A DNA stretch of 64,000 bases from Nageia nagi (taxonomy: Eukaryota; Plantae; Pinophyta): contig JBITNC010000001.1 in NCBI GenBank assembly GCA_050084985.1, forward strand, positions 166,842,001-166,906,000. The letters run 5' to 3'. Of the stretch, positions 10,490 through 24,100 are shown one piece after another. Both the position numbers and the translations under genes were made by a program. A model generated the notes under the pieces. That model searched no databases and was not told the origin of the DNA. It saw only the letters and a list, made by a program, of their open reading frames with translations. Within the stretch, counting starts at the first letter, position 1. Each line of letters begins with the position of its first letter.

Positions 10490-13400
10490 AGTATGACAAA
10501 ATGAGGTGAGGATAAATCTCCCTTACTTAATCAACTACAAACCATTTGTCCTTACATGGATGTCGACCTTCACTCCAATATGCCACACCTCATGTTCATC
10601 ACTATAAGATGATATATTTTTATTCTTTAATACTTTATCCTTAATAAAAACACTTACGTGCTCAGGGGCTAAATCCTCAACTGATGGTAACATAATCCAT
10701 GCATCTTCTACAACCAAACTGGGTTCATACAAGTTCAAATTTTCAACATTCATAATGTAATAAATCTATATATAAGGTGGAAGATCTAACCAAAATGCAT
10801 TATAACTAATTTGAGAAATAATAGTGAATGATTGATACCTTACTAGTTTCAATTTTCTCTTTATCCCATGTCACCTTTCCTTGAGAAGATGAAACCCTAC
10901 CCAATCCCCAACTTGAAACTTGTGATCCACTCTATAATGATCATGCCTTTCCTTGTACTTAAATTGAATCTTATCCAATTTTTCCTACACCTTTTGATGT
11001 ATTACCTTTATCCTCTTAATAAAGTTCTTAGCTCACTCCTCCTCATTATGAAGAATGGCATCTCCATTACTAGATGAAGCAAAAGCCATATCGAAAGTGA
11101 CTTTGACAAATAACCAAAACATGTCTCAAAAGAAGATTTATTAGTAAAAGAGTGCAAAGATTGATTATATTCATGCTATATATAACTCAAATGTTCATCC
11201 CAATTCTTAGGATGCTTACCATAATAACCTCATAAAAGATGTACCATTATCCTACTTACCACTTTAGTTTGCCTATATTTTTATGGATGAAATGTTGTGC
11301 TCCTCTTTAACTTAATATCCATCCTTTCCCATAAAGAAGTCCAAAATTTTCCAAGAAACATGTAATCCCTATTAGAAATAATGGAAGTAGGATGGACAAA
11401 ATGTATCCACACATAAGTAAAGAAAAGATTAGCTTCTTCTTGACCTATCATATTCTTTTTACATGGTATTAGAATACACATTTTATTGAATCTATCCACA
11501 ACCACATACAAATAACCATATCCTCTCTTGAAAATAGGAAAACCTTTAACAAAATCCATAGAAAATTTCCATGGTTGTGTAGGAACTGATAATGGCATAT
11601 AAAGACCAAGCTTCCTGTTATTGGGTTTGCTAACATTGGATAACATACAACCTTTGATATACCTAGATACATTTTCTTGCATTTTAGGCTAATAACAATA
11701 CCTTTGCAAATTAGTAAGAGTTTTTCCAACACCAAAGTGTCCTAAAATATGAGAAGTGTGAGCTTCCCTAATAAGATTATTCCTCTCACCATTAGGAATA
11801 CAAAGCTTTTCTAAATAAAAAATGTAATCCATCTTGTATAAGAAAGTCAATATTTTCATTACCATGACTCAATCCATAATAGATACTTTGGAAATTACGA
11901 TCATCAACATATTATTCTTTATAACCTTCATGCATCAAAGAAATATTTTGTAGTATTATACTAACATATGCAATAGGTAGTCTAGACAACATATCAACAA
12001 TCTTATTTTGTAAACCCTTTTTATACTTAATCACCAAATGAAATTATTGTAAAAATCCCATCCAACAAAAATGTCTTGATTATTGTAATTTAAATTATGA
12101 TTGAAGATACTATAAGGGTTGATGATTTGTATGTATTATTATCTCTTTATCCACCAAATAATGTTTCCATTTTTTAATACTTTGAACTAATGTAAATAAC
12201 TTTTAATAATAAGTGGAATAGTTTCTTACCGCACTATTAAAAATCTTGGAGTGATAACAAATCAAGTATCTTTCCTATAACAATCCTCCACCCATAGCAT
12301 AATCACTTGCATTCAATTCAATTTTAAAATATTATTAAAGATTATGCAAAGTAAGAACTAGAGCATTATTGATTTTTCTTTCAATAAAATCAAAAGTATG
12401 TTGTTGTTTTCCTTCCCACTAAAACCCATGATTCTTCCCTATAATAGCATGGAGTGGAGAAGCCATAAAAAAATTAGCAATAAACTTGTGTAAATATTGC
12501 ATATCCCAAATACAACTCTTTATTTCTATCACATTAGTGGGTGTAGGCCATTGCACAATAGCCTCAACTTTGGTAGGATCTATCTTCAATTGGCCTCCAC
12601 CTACAATGTGGCTTAGATAAATTAAGCTTTTCCTAGCAAACTCACACTTAGATATTTTCAAATAGTTTTTAGCTTCCCTTAGTACTTAAAACACTTTAAG
12701 AATGTGTATCATAGATCTTTCCAATCATTTTTGTAAATAAGAATGTCATCTAGATACACTAATAAAATTATCAAGAAAACGTCTCAAAACCTCATTCATC
12801 ACTCTCATAAAAGTAGGATGAGAATTGCATATCCCAAATGGTAAAACCAACCACTCAAACAATCCTTATTTATTTTTAAAAGCAATTTTCCAAACATCCT
12901 CATCTCTAACCCACACTTGATGATAACCACTTCTTAAATCAAGTTTTATGAAAACTTTAGCTTTTTGTAATTATTCCTTTAAATATTCAATGCATGGTAA
13001 TGGATAATAATTATTTACCATGATTTTGTTTAATGCCCTGTAATCCATACACATACACCAAGTTTCATATTTATTTATAATTATAACAATAGAAAAACCA
13101 CATGGTGAAGTGCTAGATCTAATGACTCCTTGATCTAACAATTCCTTGACTTGTTTCTTAATTTATTCATTTTCCATGATATAATGTCTATATAAGCCAA
13201 TATTAGGAAGTGCTACATATTGATGCAATTTAATTTCATGTTGAATATATCTTTTGGATGGAAGTTCTTTAAGTATTTGAAATAAATTCAAAAATTACCT
13301 CTTTAACTTCTTTGTAGTGAGGATCACAAGTTTCAAAAACTTTAATAATTTTCACTTTATTTTGAGATCTCACCATTGCAAGTGCAAATATTTATCTTAC

Positions 13401-14953
13401 ATTAATAGGCTTTTTTTCTTGTTCTATAGTAATCAAAGAAACACTTTTTTCCTTGTTTCAATGAGCATTAACCATATATTTAATTCCATCCTTAACAAGT
13501 CTATATTTATTTTCCTTTCTATATAACAAAGCATCTCTATCCCATAGATAAGGACTTCCTAACACAATCCCAAAAATATCCAAGTGAATAATGTCAAATA
13601 ATACTTCATCAATGAAATCCCTATTAATTCCAAACTTCATTTTGCATTGTTGAGTTACCTCTAATTTGGAATTTTTATGAACCCATCCCAATGGGTATGG
13701 ATGTGGATGTGGTTGAGTAGTGAGTGAAAGTGATCTAACATACTCTTCTATAATCAAGCTATCTTGAGAAGAAGGATCAACAAATATATCAATTTTAGTT
13801 TTCTTAACTTGTACTTTCATATTAAAAAGTTAAATTTGTTTCTTTTCCACATCATCATTATTTGTATCATGCAATATCATACATGCCATTTTATAATCTA
13901 CATCAAAACCACCTTCTACTTCTTTTGTAATAGTGGCTACTTGTTTCTTTTTTTCTGGCCATTTCGACTTAGGGTGCAATTCAGGATGTAATTTCCAACA
14001 ATTTACCTCTAAATGACCCTCTTTCTTACAATGAATACATAGTTCTTTAGATTTCTCTTTTTGAACCATAGAATTCATTTTCCCTTTTTATTTCCGCTTC
14101 CCTTTTTTTCTTTTAGAATTATTTTTAGAAGCATTTCACTTGTTTCCATCAAATTTTCCCTTTCTTCTAAGTGTGTAGTTTGAACACAAACATTATCCAA
14201 TCTAGTTGAATTAAATATCAATAATGTATGCCTTAGATAATTATGTAAACCACCAATATACTTAAGAAGAGTATCTTGGGAATTAAGAGAAATACCTAGC
14301 ATTATAGCTCTTTGTCAAAATTTTATAGTGTATTATTGCACACTTTGCACTTTACTTTGATAAAAACTTTGCCATTCCATAATTACCTTTTTTTGATAGA
14401 CCAATGGATAAAAATGATCTCTTAGCATTTGTACAAAATGATCCCAAGTAGTAATAGAAACCTTAAGTGATTCTTTCTCACTTGGTAAATGAAGTTTCTC
14501 CCAAATAAGTACAGTACCATCCATTTTAATGGTTGCTAATTAAATTTTATCCTCATCATTTACAATATGTTGTATTATACAATATACTTCAATTTGTTTA
14601 ATCTAATAATCTAATTTTTCAGCATTTACTTCACTAGTAAACATAGGAAAATCAAATTTTACTTCTAATTTCAAAGGAGAAATTTCAAAAGGACCTTCTT
14701 GTTTCTCATTATTACCTTGACTTGTTTCACCTCCAGTTTTCTTTAATTGTTGTTCTTGAAAATAGTGAAATTGTAGAGACACTTTCTAAAATAATATTGT
14801 GAGATCTACAAGTTGCTTTTCAACAGTAGCTCTACCTTCACCAAACATGGCTACAAGCTCTCTTTTCTTCTTCAACTAAAACTTAGAACCAATTTTAGGA
14901 TCTCCTTCCACAATATTCCCTTCTCCTTTCTTAATCTATGATCTAGTATTCAT
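10490..14953 (-). pseudogene. Degenerate gag-pol of CRM-like element
   Basis: gag from ATG 14953; zinc knuckle CIHCKKEGHLEVNCWKLHPEL (13830-14078); protease (13458-13820); RT (KTAF/FEWLVLPFG/YLDD region ~12700-13200); RH ~11950-12360; INT (11281-11682); chromodomain-like tail. Confidence 0.9.
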
Positions 14954-15023
14954 ACAAGAATAATTCCAAAAATACCCAATAACAAACTAGCAAAACCATG
15001 GGTTAAATCCCAAGTAAATAACT

Positions 15024-15035
15024 TCTTTGATACCA
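15024..15035 (-). promoter_or_regulatory. PBS (tRNA-iMet type) of CRM-like element
   Basis: tggtatcaaaga on -, 4 nt from the LTR. Confidence 0.8.
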
Positions 15036-15039
15036 AAAT

Positions 15040-16015
15040 TGATGCATAATTTAAAAGATTAAATTTTAACTTTAATCCTTTCCAAGAATCAATTTACACT
15101 TAACTAATTAAATGCTTGTAACTAAAAAGATTTAGAAAATTAGAACTAGAACCATGTGTAAAACCAGTGAAGAACAAAAATCACACTACACAAAGATAAA
15201 TCAATTACCCTAGTTCACTCATTATGGGATATATCTAGCAATAAAAGCTCTCTTTAGTCAATGGATGAAATGGTGTACAATGGTCTCCATAGTATTTTAG
15301 TACCTCTTGAAATCCTTCTCCTCGAACACTTCCAAATTGCCTTCTTTTATAAGAGAAATATGTGATCAAATTTGGAGTGTTTTACAACAAGAAGAAACTA
15401 TAAAATAATTATTTATAGATACCCAATATCCTCCTCTAGTTGTAGTTCAAATTTGGGCTCAAATGGTTGAGCCAATCTCTTAGAATTAAAAGTTTAAAAT
15501 ACATGCTCTCTAGGTAATAGTATTAACAAGTCTACAAATAAACTTTATCCACCAATAAAAATATTTCATACACATTTAAAAACATTCAAATCTTGCAAAA
15601 ATCACAAAACAAGGAGGATCCAATAATATGGTGCCACTTGCTCCCTCACAATCTGGCCTCCCAAATGCCCCCTCATAATCTGGCCTCCCAAATGTCCCCC
15701 CATTTCATAAAAAAAATTGTAAACTTAAAAATGCAATAACTTTTGATCATGAAGTCAATTTCATGAATCGTAAAAGTGCTGGAAAGAGAATGATGGGATC
15801 TACAACATGATGTAATATATATTTTTTCCTTTTGTAGTTTTCAATAAAAAAATACCAAAACTTTGAAAACACATTTTTTACACATATGGGATCAATTTAT
15901 CAATCTAGAAGAAGCATCACGAAGCTAAAGATGAATTGAACATAATGAGCAATTTTTATGTGAGAATATTTGAGAATATCATGCTGAATATTAAGAGGAT
16001 CTAAAATTTGGATCA
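15040..16015 (-). repeat. 5' LTR of CRM-like element
   Basis: tgatgcataattt...ttggatca (TGAT..ATCA termini). Confidence 0.9.
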
Positions 16016-19000
16016 ATTTTTATGTGAGAATATCATGCATATATGAGAAACACCAAGATGTTGATGTTCTACCTTAAACTTATGAAAATAAAAGAATATA
16101 ATTACAAACTCATTAACATCCTTCTTCATTCCACACCAATAAAAAGCTTTTTTGAAAATTTCTCTCATCTTCGTACAACTATATGAGTAGAAAAAGGTGA
16201 TCAATGTGCTTCCTACATGATTATTTTTCTAATACCACCAATTTTTGGAATAACAATCCTATCCTTAAAGCACAAAAATCCATTCTTAATCCCAAAATAT
16301 CTAACTAAAGGATTAAATTTTACCAATTTTTCTTCAATCTTAAGATAATAAGAAACATGGTTTTAAAATTCCTTAACCTTATCTAACAAGTTAAAAGTGA
16401 CTTTTTATTATAGCCATAAGGTATCTACGTCTACTTAAAGCATCCATAACTTTATTTTCTATACCCTTAATGTACTTTATTCCAAAATCATATTTAGCCA
16501 AGAACTCCATCCATCTTCTTTAGCATGCATCAAGATCATTTTGAATAAAAATATACCTTAAACTTTGGTGATTTGATTTTAATTCAAAAGGTATCCCTAA
16601 GAGATAATATCTCCAAACCTTTAGTACATGAAAAATGGATTCTAATTCAAGGTCATGCATAATATAGTTCATTTCATGGGTCTTTAACTTATGATATTCA
16701 AATGCTATAGGTCTACTATTTTGAGATACTACACCTCCCAATCTAAGTAAATAAGCATTAGTACATACTATAAAATCTTCAAAAGGATATGATATAGCAA
16801 AAATAGGAGCATTTATGAGTTTCTCTTTTAAGGTTTTAAAGGTTTTTTCATATTTTTCAATCACTTGAATACTTGATTCATCTTTTGAAGACTTGTAATA
16901 GGATTTGTTATTATGGAAAAATCCTTTATAAAGAATTGGTAATATCCTTCAAGTACCATAAAGCTCTTTATTTCATTCACATTGGTAGAAGCAAGCTAAC
17001 TCATGATAACTTCAATCTTTTTAGGATCAACTGACATACCTTTAGCCAAAATTATGTCCCAAGTACTCAACTTGTAAAATATAAAATCATATTTGGAAAG
17101 TTTTCCAAAAAGCGGATATTTTTTTAATACTTATAATACCAAACTTGTATGATAATCATGTTCTTTCTTATTTCTTGAATAAATCAATATATCATCTAAG
17201 AACACTAAAATAAATATAACTAAGTATTCATAAAATATATTATTCATGAGATTCATGAAAGCACTAGTCATATTGGTCATTCCAAAAGGAAGCACAATAA
17301 ATTTATATTGATAATATTTAATTTTAAAATTTATTTTATGTATGTCAAAATTTTTGATTCTCAATTGATGGTATCAAGAACGTAGATCATTTTTTGAAAA
17401 TATGACAACATATTTTAGTTGATCAAACAAATCATTCATTCTCAGCAAAGGATACCTATTCTTAATTATGACTTTCTTCAACATTCAACAATCAATGCAC
17501 AATATCATATATCTATATTTATTTTTTATAAAGAGGAATGGGGCACCCTAAGGAGATACACTTGGCTTGATTAATTCTTTTTCTAACAATTATTGAAGTT
17601 GCACTTTTAGTTCTTGCATATTGATTGTTTTCATCCTATAAGGAGTTTTTGATATAGTTTCTGCACCAAGAATTATATTAATAGAGAAATCAAATTCTTA
17701 TTTTAGAGGTAATCTGGTGGAAAATATTTAGGAAAGAAATTCCTAAATTCTTATGAAATGGGATATTGTTAAAATGTTTTCTCTTCTAAATTATCATTTT
17801 CCACATTCTTAATCTCTCTGCATAAATTAACTCATCCTTTCTAATTATTCTTTTTAGTTGCATAGCAATGAGAAGATAAGGTTTGAAACTACCCCTATCA
17901 AAATGGATTATTTTCCTTTGTAGGTTGAGATCAATAAATTTGATTCATCTTTCATGGAACTCAATCAAATATTTATAAGCTCAAAGAAAATCCATTCCTA
18001 GAATAACATCAAAGGAATGTAAAGGTCTTATGTATATATCCCATTATGCAACCTCTTTAGGTAACCTAATTTCAATGTTTCTAACATATTGATTGATTAA
18101 GTAGGTTTTTCTAGAGCCATACTTGACTGATAAACCTTTTGCAAAAAATTATAGTGATTTTAGAATATATCTTAATATTTAAGAATAAATAAAACTTTTT
18201 TGCTACACCATAATCATCAATAATTTTAAACTTTTTATTAAATATATACTTGAAATCTACATATATAGGTCTTGCTTGAATGTTCAAACTAGCCTTTCTA
18301 GTTGCTATAAAAATTTTATGTTTAGAAAACTCTTCTTTTCTAGATACTTGTTCATGAAATGATCAGGTTCATCATTAACAAACTCCTCCTTTGGTCCTTG
18401 AGTCTTATTTTGATAATTATACTTTGGAGCATCATTTCTCTTCTCTTGAAATTTTTTATTTTATCTTTGATCCTAATTTCTATTTTTATAAGGACTTTTA
18501 TTATTATTTCCACCATTTCCATTATTTTTCTTTTATGGTTGGTTTTAATTTTATTGGAAATTATTTTCTTTAAACCTTTATTACTTTGTTGTTGATGATC
18601 TTTTGCCCATTTTAGAAACTCTTTATTATTTATATTTCTCATCTCTTGTTTTTCTTCCTAATTCAAAACATTATAATTCATGAAGGAATTTTTGGCTTCT
18701 AAGTTATTTTCTACCTTCCATGATAGGTTGTATGCTTTTTTCAAGTTTTATGGCTTGTAAATGTTTACTACTATTTTTGATTTTGGAATTTAATCCCAAA
18801 ATAAATCTATGAACCTTCAAGTTATTTTATCATCGAGTATGTATTTCAATTATTTTACAAACTTTTAGTGATATTGTTCCATTGATAGATTTCCTTATTT
18901 GATCATACTTCTCAGAATAAAATTATTTCATTATATATTGCTTCTTAAAAGCAACAATGAAATCCTCCCACTTAAGGATCACTCCTTAGATCTTTTGTTA

Positions 19001-19443
19001 AGCTTTGTGATACTTCCACCATTGTAGGGCTAGTCCTGAAAAGTTCATTGTAGCTCAAGTATTTTGTACTTTAGAAGAAATAATTTTCATATAAAAATAT
19101 GTTTTCTTTTCTTCCAACCAATCCTTGGTAATATAATCTCCATCTTTTCCATTAAATCTTGGAACTGGAAGTTTCTTCAAATCTTTTGTAAGTCCTTGAT
19201 CTAGCCTAGATATGATAAGATCAACATTATTGTTACCAACTCTTTCCTTATTATCATTAACATTATTTTGATTATTAGGATTTTTCATTCTATTCATCAA
19301 TGTTTCCAACATTTCTTGTTGCTTTGCTAATTTCTCTTGCAATCTTAAAATGATAGCATTTTTAGTTCAAATCTTAGATGTTTTGTATTAACTTAGGAAG
19401 CACTTCCCTATGAAGGTGTTTGGTTTGCATTTTTTTTTGTCAT
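16016..19443 (-). pseudogene. Degenerate gag-PR-RT-RH and integrase N-terminus of Tekay-like element
   Basis: gag VPRFNGKDGDYITKDWLEE (19055-19342); RT FIVLPFGMTN..FLDDILIYS (17131-17364); RH CTNAYLLRLGGVVSQ..HDLELE (16520-16864); INT FYWCGMKKDVNEFV..KVEHQH (16013-16204). Confidence 0.92.
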
Positions 19444-19528
19444 GTCTACTAAAAATGGACACAAAAGGTTTAAGTTAAGTTTATAAAAGAGTTTTATTTT
19501 TAGGAAGCATTTTTCCCTCTAAATGCAT

Positions 19529-19540
19529 GCTCTGATACCA
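19529..19540 (-). promoter_or_regulatory. PBS (tRNA-iMet) of Tekay-like element
   Basis: gctctgatacca on + = perfect tggtatcagagc on -. Confidence 0.93.
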
Positions 19541-21056
19541 AATGAAATGTCCATCTATTTCTACCTAAGATTAGCACAACTTTTTTTGTACATATCCATA
19601 TTCACATTTAAATTCAATTATAAATTAGACTATGGCATTTTCACATTTAAGTTTAAGTTAATCATTATACATGACCCTCAAGTGGATGAGGATGATCAAA
19701 CCCCATAAGTTCTAAGTCATATGGTAGCTATTTCTTCAAACACCTCCTATTTTTGTATGTTTAGCACTTATAATTCTAACATCTCCCATGCTAGAAATAT
19801 GTTACACCATTCATGACTTTTGTGTTCTTCTTAGAGCCCATACACCTAAGAAGGGACACACATTTGCTAATCATCATTCATTCTTCTCCATGAAGTGATC
19901 CTAAGTGTAAGCTAAGTGAATCAACTTCTTATCATATCTTTTGAAAGAATTCAATATTAATCTCACTACCTTGAGACTAATTGAAGTATCCTTACTTACC
20001 CATATCAATCATAAAGGACCAACACTAAATCCTTATAGAAATTACCTAACCATAATTCCTATAATTTCTAATAATGCCAAAAATAACCTCCTCGTAATTT
20101 CTTAGCTAAGTGTGTATGGATTTTCCAAAGACTATCTTCCACTGGTAGTACAAGATTTTCCAAAGACTATACTCTAAAATTGTGAAACAAAGCCTGATCA
20201 TTTTAAGTACAAGTTAATTTTAGATTTGACCTATCTTTGAGATTTATAGATAAACTTTATAATAAAAAAAATGATTATCGGAATTATCCTATCATCTTAA
20301 ATGATTCCATCTTTTCATCGAAAAATCAACTATCTCAAGAGTTTAACAAGTTGAATTCTAAATAACATTTTCTATGGTTTATATGATAAACACTTATTAA
20401 AATCAATTCAAATAAAACTAAGCCATTCCAAAAAATGATTTAAAGAAAATAAAATTCTATACAATATCTATTTTTTTATTCTTCTATTCATTTATATTTG
20501 ATCCTAATAAAAATAAGATAGCCTCTTTTCTACAACTTAACAATAATTAAACTTTACATCTTGTAATACATTTTTCCACTTGAGTATTTTTGAGGGAATT
20601 TACAAAAAAACATCAAAATCACTTGATTTTAATACATATAAATACATAATCGATGTATTATCTTGTTGAAATTGAATATTTTCTTTTCAACTTGGAGATG
20701 AGTCTCTATCATGGATGTAAACTGATTGGATCATACAAACTCTTGTTTGAGTTCTAAATGCATCTTATTGATGTAGCAACTTTAATACAATATAAGAAAT
20801 AAATGACATTCCATACTAAAAAATTCCCTTCTTAGTCCAAAACAACATTCACATCCTTTTCTTGATAATAATAAATTATAAAACTAAGCTTAGATAATTT
20901 AATTTAACATAAAATTTAAATTTTCCTTTCACCTATCTATACAAATAATCAATTTAAGATAAATGCACATATCTTTTCTGGATATAAAAAAATATAGCAT
21001 AATATAATAGTTAACAAATTATAACTAACTTATTATTTTGAATAAAAATAATTTCA

Positions 21057-21071
21057 TGTGTGTGTGTGTGT
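21057..21071. repeat. (TG)n microsatellite
   Basis: tgtgtgtgtgtgtgt; the 3' LTR has a (TA)n tract at a similar position. Confidence 0.85.
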
Positions 21072-21163
21072 TTAAATAAAAATGACAAAGGAAGGTGGCT
21101 TGCATGAGTCATTCATCATTTTACCTCCCCTCTGTCCATTACCAAGAAACTTAAGGGGGTGGG

Positions 21164-24100
21164 TGTAATGCATCCACTTATTCTATACATGCAAAATCCT
21201 AAATTTCATACCTAAAGTTTTTATTTATTTATTTAGTTTAAACACTTGAAAGATATAGGAATAGATTCAAGTGATTGACATGAGCTTTTCAATGTTGTTA
21301 GCTAGTCAGCATCCACATGGTAAGATTGAATAAAGTTTGGATTATCCAACCCTAATTACATGTCTTATGGTGTTAAATATATAACTCTCATCCCATTGAG
21401 GAGACACCGTAAATGTGATCCCACCATTTCCACTTCTCAAAATGTGTAGCAAATATTTTAGACACAATATAGTGGTTTCCTACTTTTGTCCCATATCACT
21501 TAAGAGAATGTACATTCAGTAGGTTACACATCTTCACCTAATGATAACCCTCTAACTTAGAGGATTAGATAGTTTTTCCTAGGCAAACTTCCTTATGAGT
21601 AGGAAATGTTATTACCTATGGAACAGTCATCATTCTCCTATGTGCTTAAATACTAGTATGACTATTAAATTACCTTCACTCAATAATTGTAGTTTTATTA
21701 ACTGATATCCTCATCTAACACCTTGTTGAGGATATGAGATACTAACCTACCATATTTTTCATCTAGGATCACCATGGAATCTAGCATCCCTATGCCCATA
21801 TCTTGGGAAGCCATGGGTATCAAAAATAATACCCTTGAGTGGTTTATATATTCTAATTAATTTTATATAAGATTATAAAAGAAAAACCATCCATGACCTA
21901 ATGATACCATATCATATGTATAAAGACTAGAAAAACTTATTTAGGAAGTCACAAAAAATTAGTAGCTCCATAAATATCTAATATGCATGGTACTACATAA
22001 TTAATACCACTTTATAAAAGTCCTCATACTAGTATTTAGTAATGTGTCTTGAGATGACATTAAAGTTAGCTATTGCTATAAAGGAAGTGTGATGTAAAGT
22101 GGTCCATACTCAAGAAATATTCTTTTGGAATGTCATTTAGTGAGGGAGGTTCAACTAATGCATATTCTATGCCATTTTCCTTCATTATAAAATCTATCCA
22201 AAAGTCTCTTTATGGTCAAAACAATTCCTTAGGGTTTTCCTTCTAAGCCTTCATTTCATGTCAATTGTTTTACCTTGTTTGACTATCCAAGTATTCCCAA
22301 GTGTTCCCATAGGATTTCAAATTATCCCATTAGTTCCCAGTTGATCCCATTCATTTCCATTTTGATCCCAAAGATCCTTAACATTTCTTAATTTATTCCA
22401 AACCTCAATTTGAATCCATAATACTAAGTTGGGATTTTTTTTCAATTCATTGGGGTTTATTAGGGTTTTGACCTTATCAATCTCCTAAATTTAAATACCT
22501 TTGTAAACACATTTGGTCAATAATATTTTTTGTTTTACATTAAATCAAATGATCTTGTTATAGTCACACACTATATTAATTTCATATTAGATGTCATGAA
22601 AATTCAATGGTATTATTTAACCCTATTCAATTGCAACATGCGTCCATTAATGTAGGAGCAAAGTAAGAGGAATAAGAATCATTGAATTAACAAGATACAT
22701 CTATTTTTTAACTATAGAGTATCAACTAAAGAATCTCATAAAAACATCCATCCATTAATGAAACTTCATGAAACTACCTTTCATTAAATATTACAACCGC
22801 ATGTTAATACAAGGGGAGCGATAATAATTACAAATGATCTTAAGATAAAAATATGAGTGTAACATCATTAAAGCATAAATAGGTCCTATTTACAAGTCAT
22901 GCCATAGGAAATTTTCATTAAGACATATTTTTGTATTCCAATTCTTCTTTAAACAATGTGAGTCTTAAGACCATATGGGATCTACACTCATGAGAGAGAA
23001 ACAACAATTCTCTATCTGTATTTCTTTATTTTATGTAACAATAGTAGGGTTAACTTCATTAAGAGTGTAAGTATCATTCCATTTTTTTATGAAATCATTA
23101 GTTATCCTTAAACCCATATTACTTGACATTTATTATTAACTACCCTTATATAGAATTATTATTGGATTTCCTACATTAATATTTAAAACATAAAAAAAAT
23201 ACTAAAGAGTGGAATATACCCATCTAGTTATACCTTCAAGATTTTCAAGAAGTTTTTACCAAACTTGTATTCCATCAAATTTGTTACATAAATATATTAA
23301 ATACATTAAATAAGGATAACCCTTATCACTCATAAGAGGATCCCTTACAATTTTAAAACTAATAATTACATGAAAATGAATTCAAAGCTTGATCTCGATC
23401 TTTATTTTCTAGCATAGATCCTTCTTTGATCTCTTGATATAAAATCTTTTTCGTCTTTGAGCTTCTTTCCAAGAATCGATGTAGATTGGGTCAAATACTA
23501 AGGAAGTGAAGAGTTTGAGGATCATGATAACCCTTTTGCAAATTTATGACCTTAATGCAAAATGACTTTATTTATATCATGCAAAAATAATATTCATAAA
23601 GACCTCAAAAGGCTTTAAGGTTCTTTTGAGGAATACCTCCCTTGCTTGGTCAAATTTAAAATCTAATCGATACATAATAATCCTTCTAAAAGAAATATCA
23701 TTATTAATACTACACATCTTTCAATATTAGTTTATTTTCAACTATGATTATAGTTCAATGATATATGCTATTGATTTTACTTAATAAATACTTAGTTGTA
23801 TTTCCTTTATTAAAAATTTTTTGAATAAAAAAGAACCTTACCTTTATTTAAAATTTAATGAAACATAAAATTTACTATCAGATATGGAGCATGCAATCAA
23901 TTAAAATATTTAAAAAGAAACTAGTCACTTTCCTCCCTTATGTTTTTGTATGAGACAACTTATCTAGGCAGATTGTGTATGCCAATCATATTAGTTTTCA
24001 ATGGTATTTAAGAAACATTTGGAGGAGCTCAAAACTCAGCAACATACATGGCATTTGTAGGCCCAACAAGTCCCTTATGGAAGTTTGGAAATATTTTATT

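Larger units (their letters stand above)
7746..16015 (-). mobile_element. Ty3/gypsy CRM-like element nested in the Tekay integrase
   Basis: TSD atttt at 7741-7745 and 16016-16020; ~1-kb LTRs; PBS-Met; PPT; CRM-type motifs PHPHPYPLGWV (protease) and KLGLYMPLSVPTQPW (integrase). Confidence 0.88.

Noticed and set aside
18352-18642. Hydrophobic ORFs resembling membrane or env proteins
   Set aside because: Antisense or out-of-frame readings of the N/K-rich gag linker of the Tekay element.
19529-19540. tRNA-like sequence (also 15024, 32926, 40452, 41061)
   Set aside because: Only 12-20-nt primer-binding sites; no cloverleaf, so not tRNA genes.
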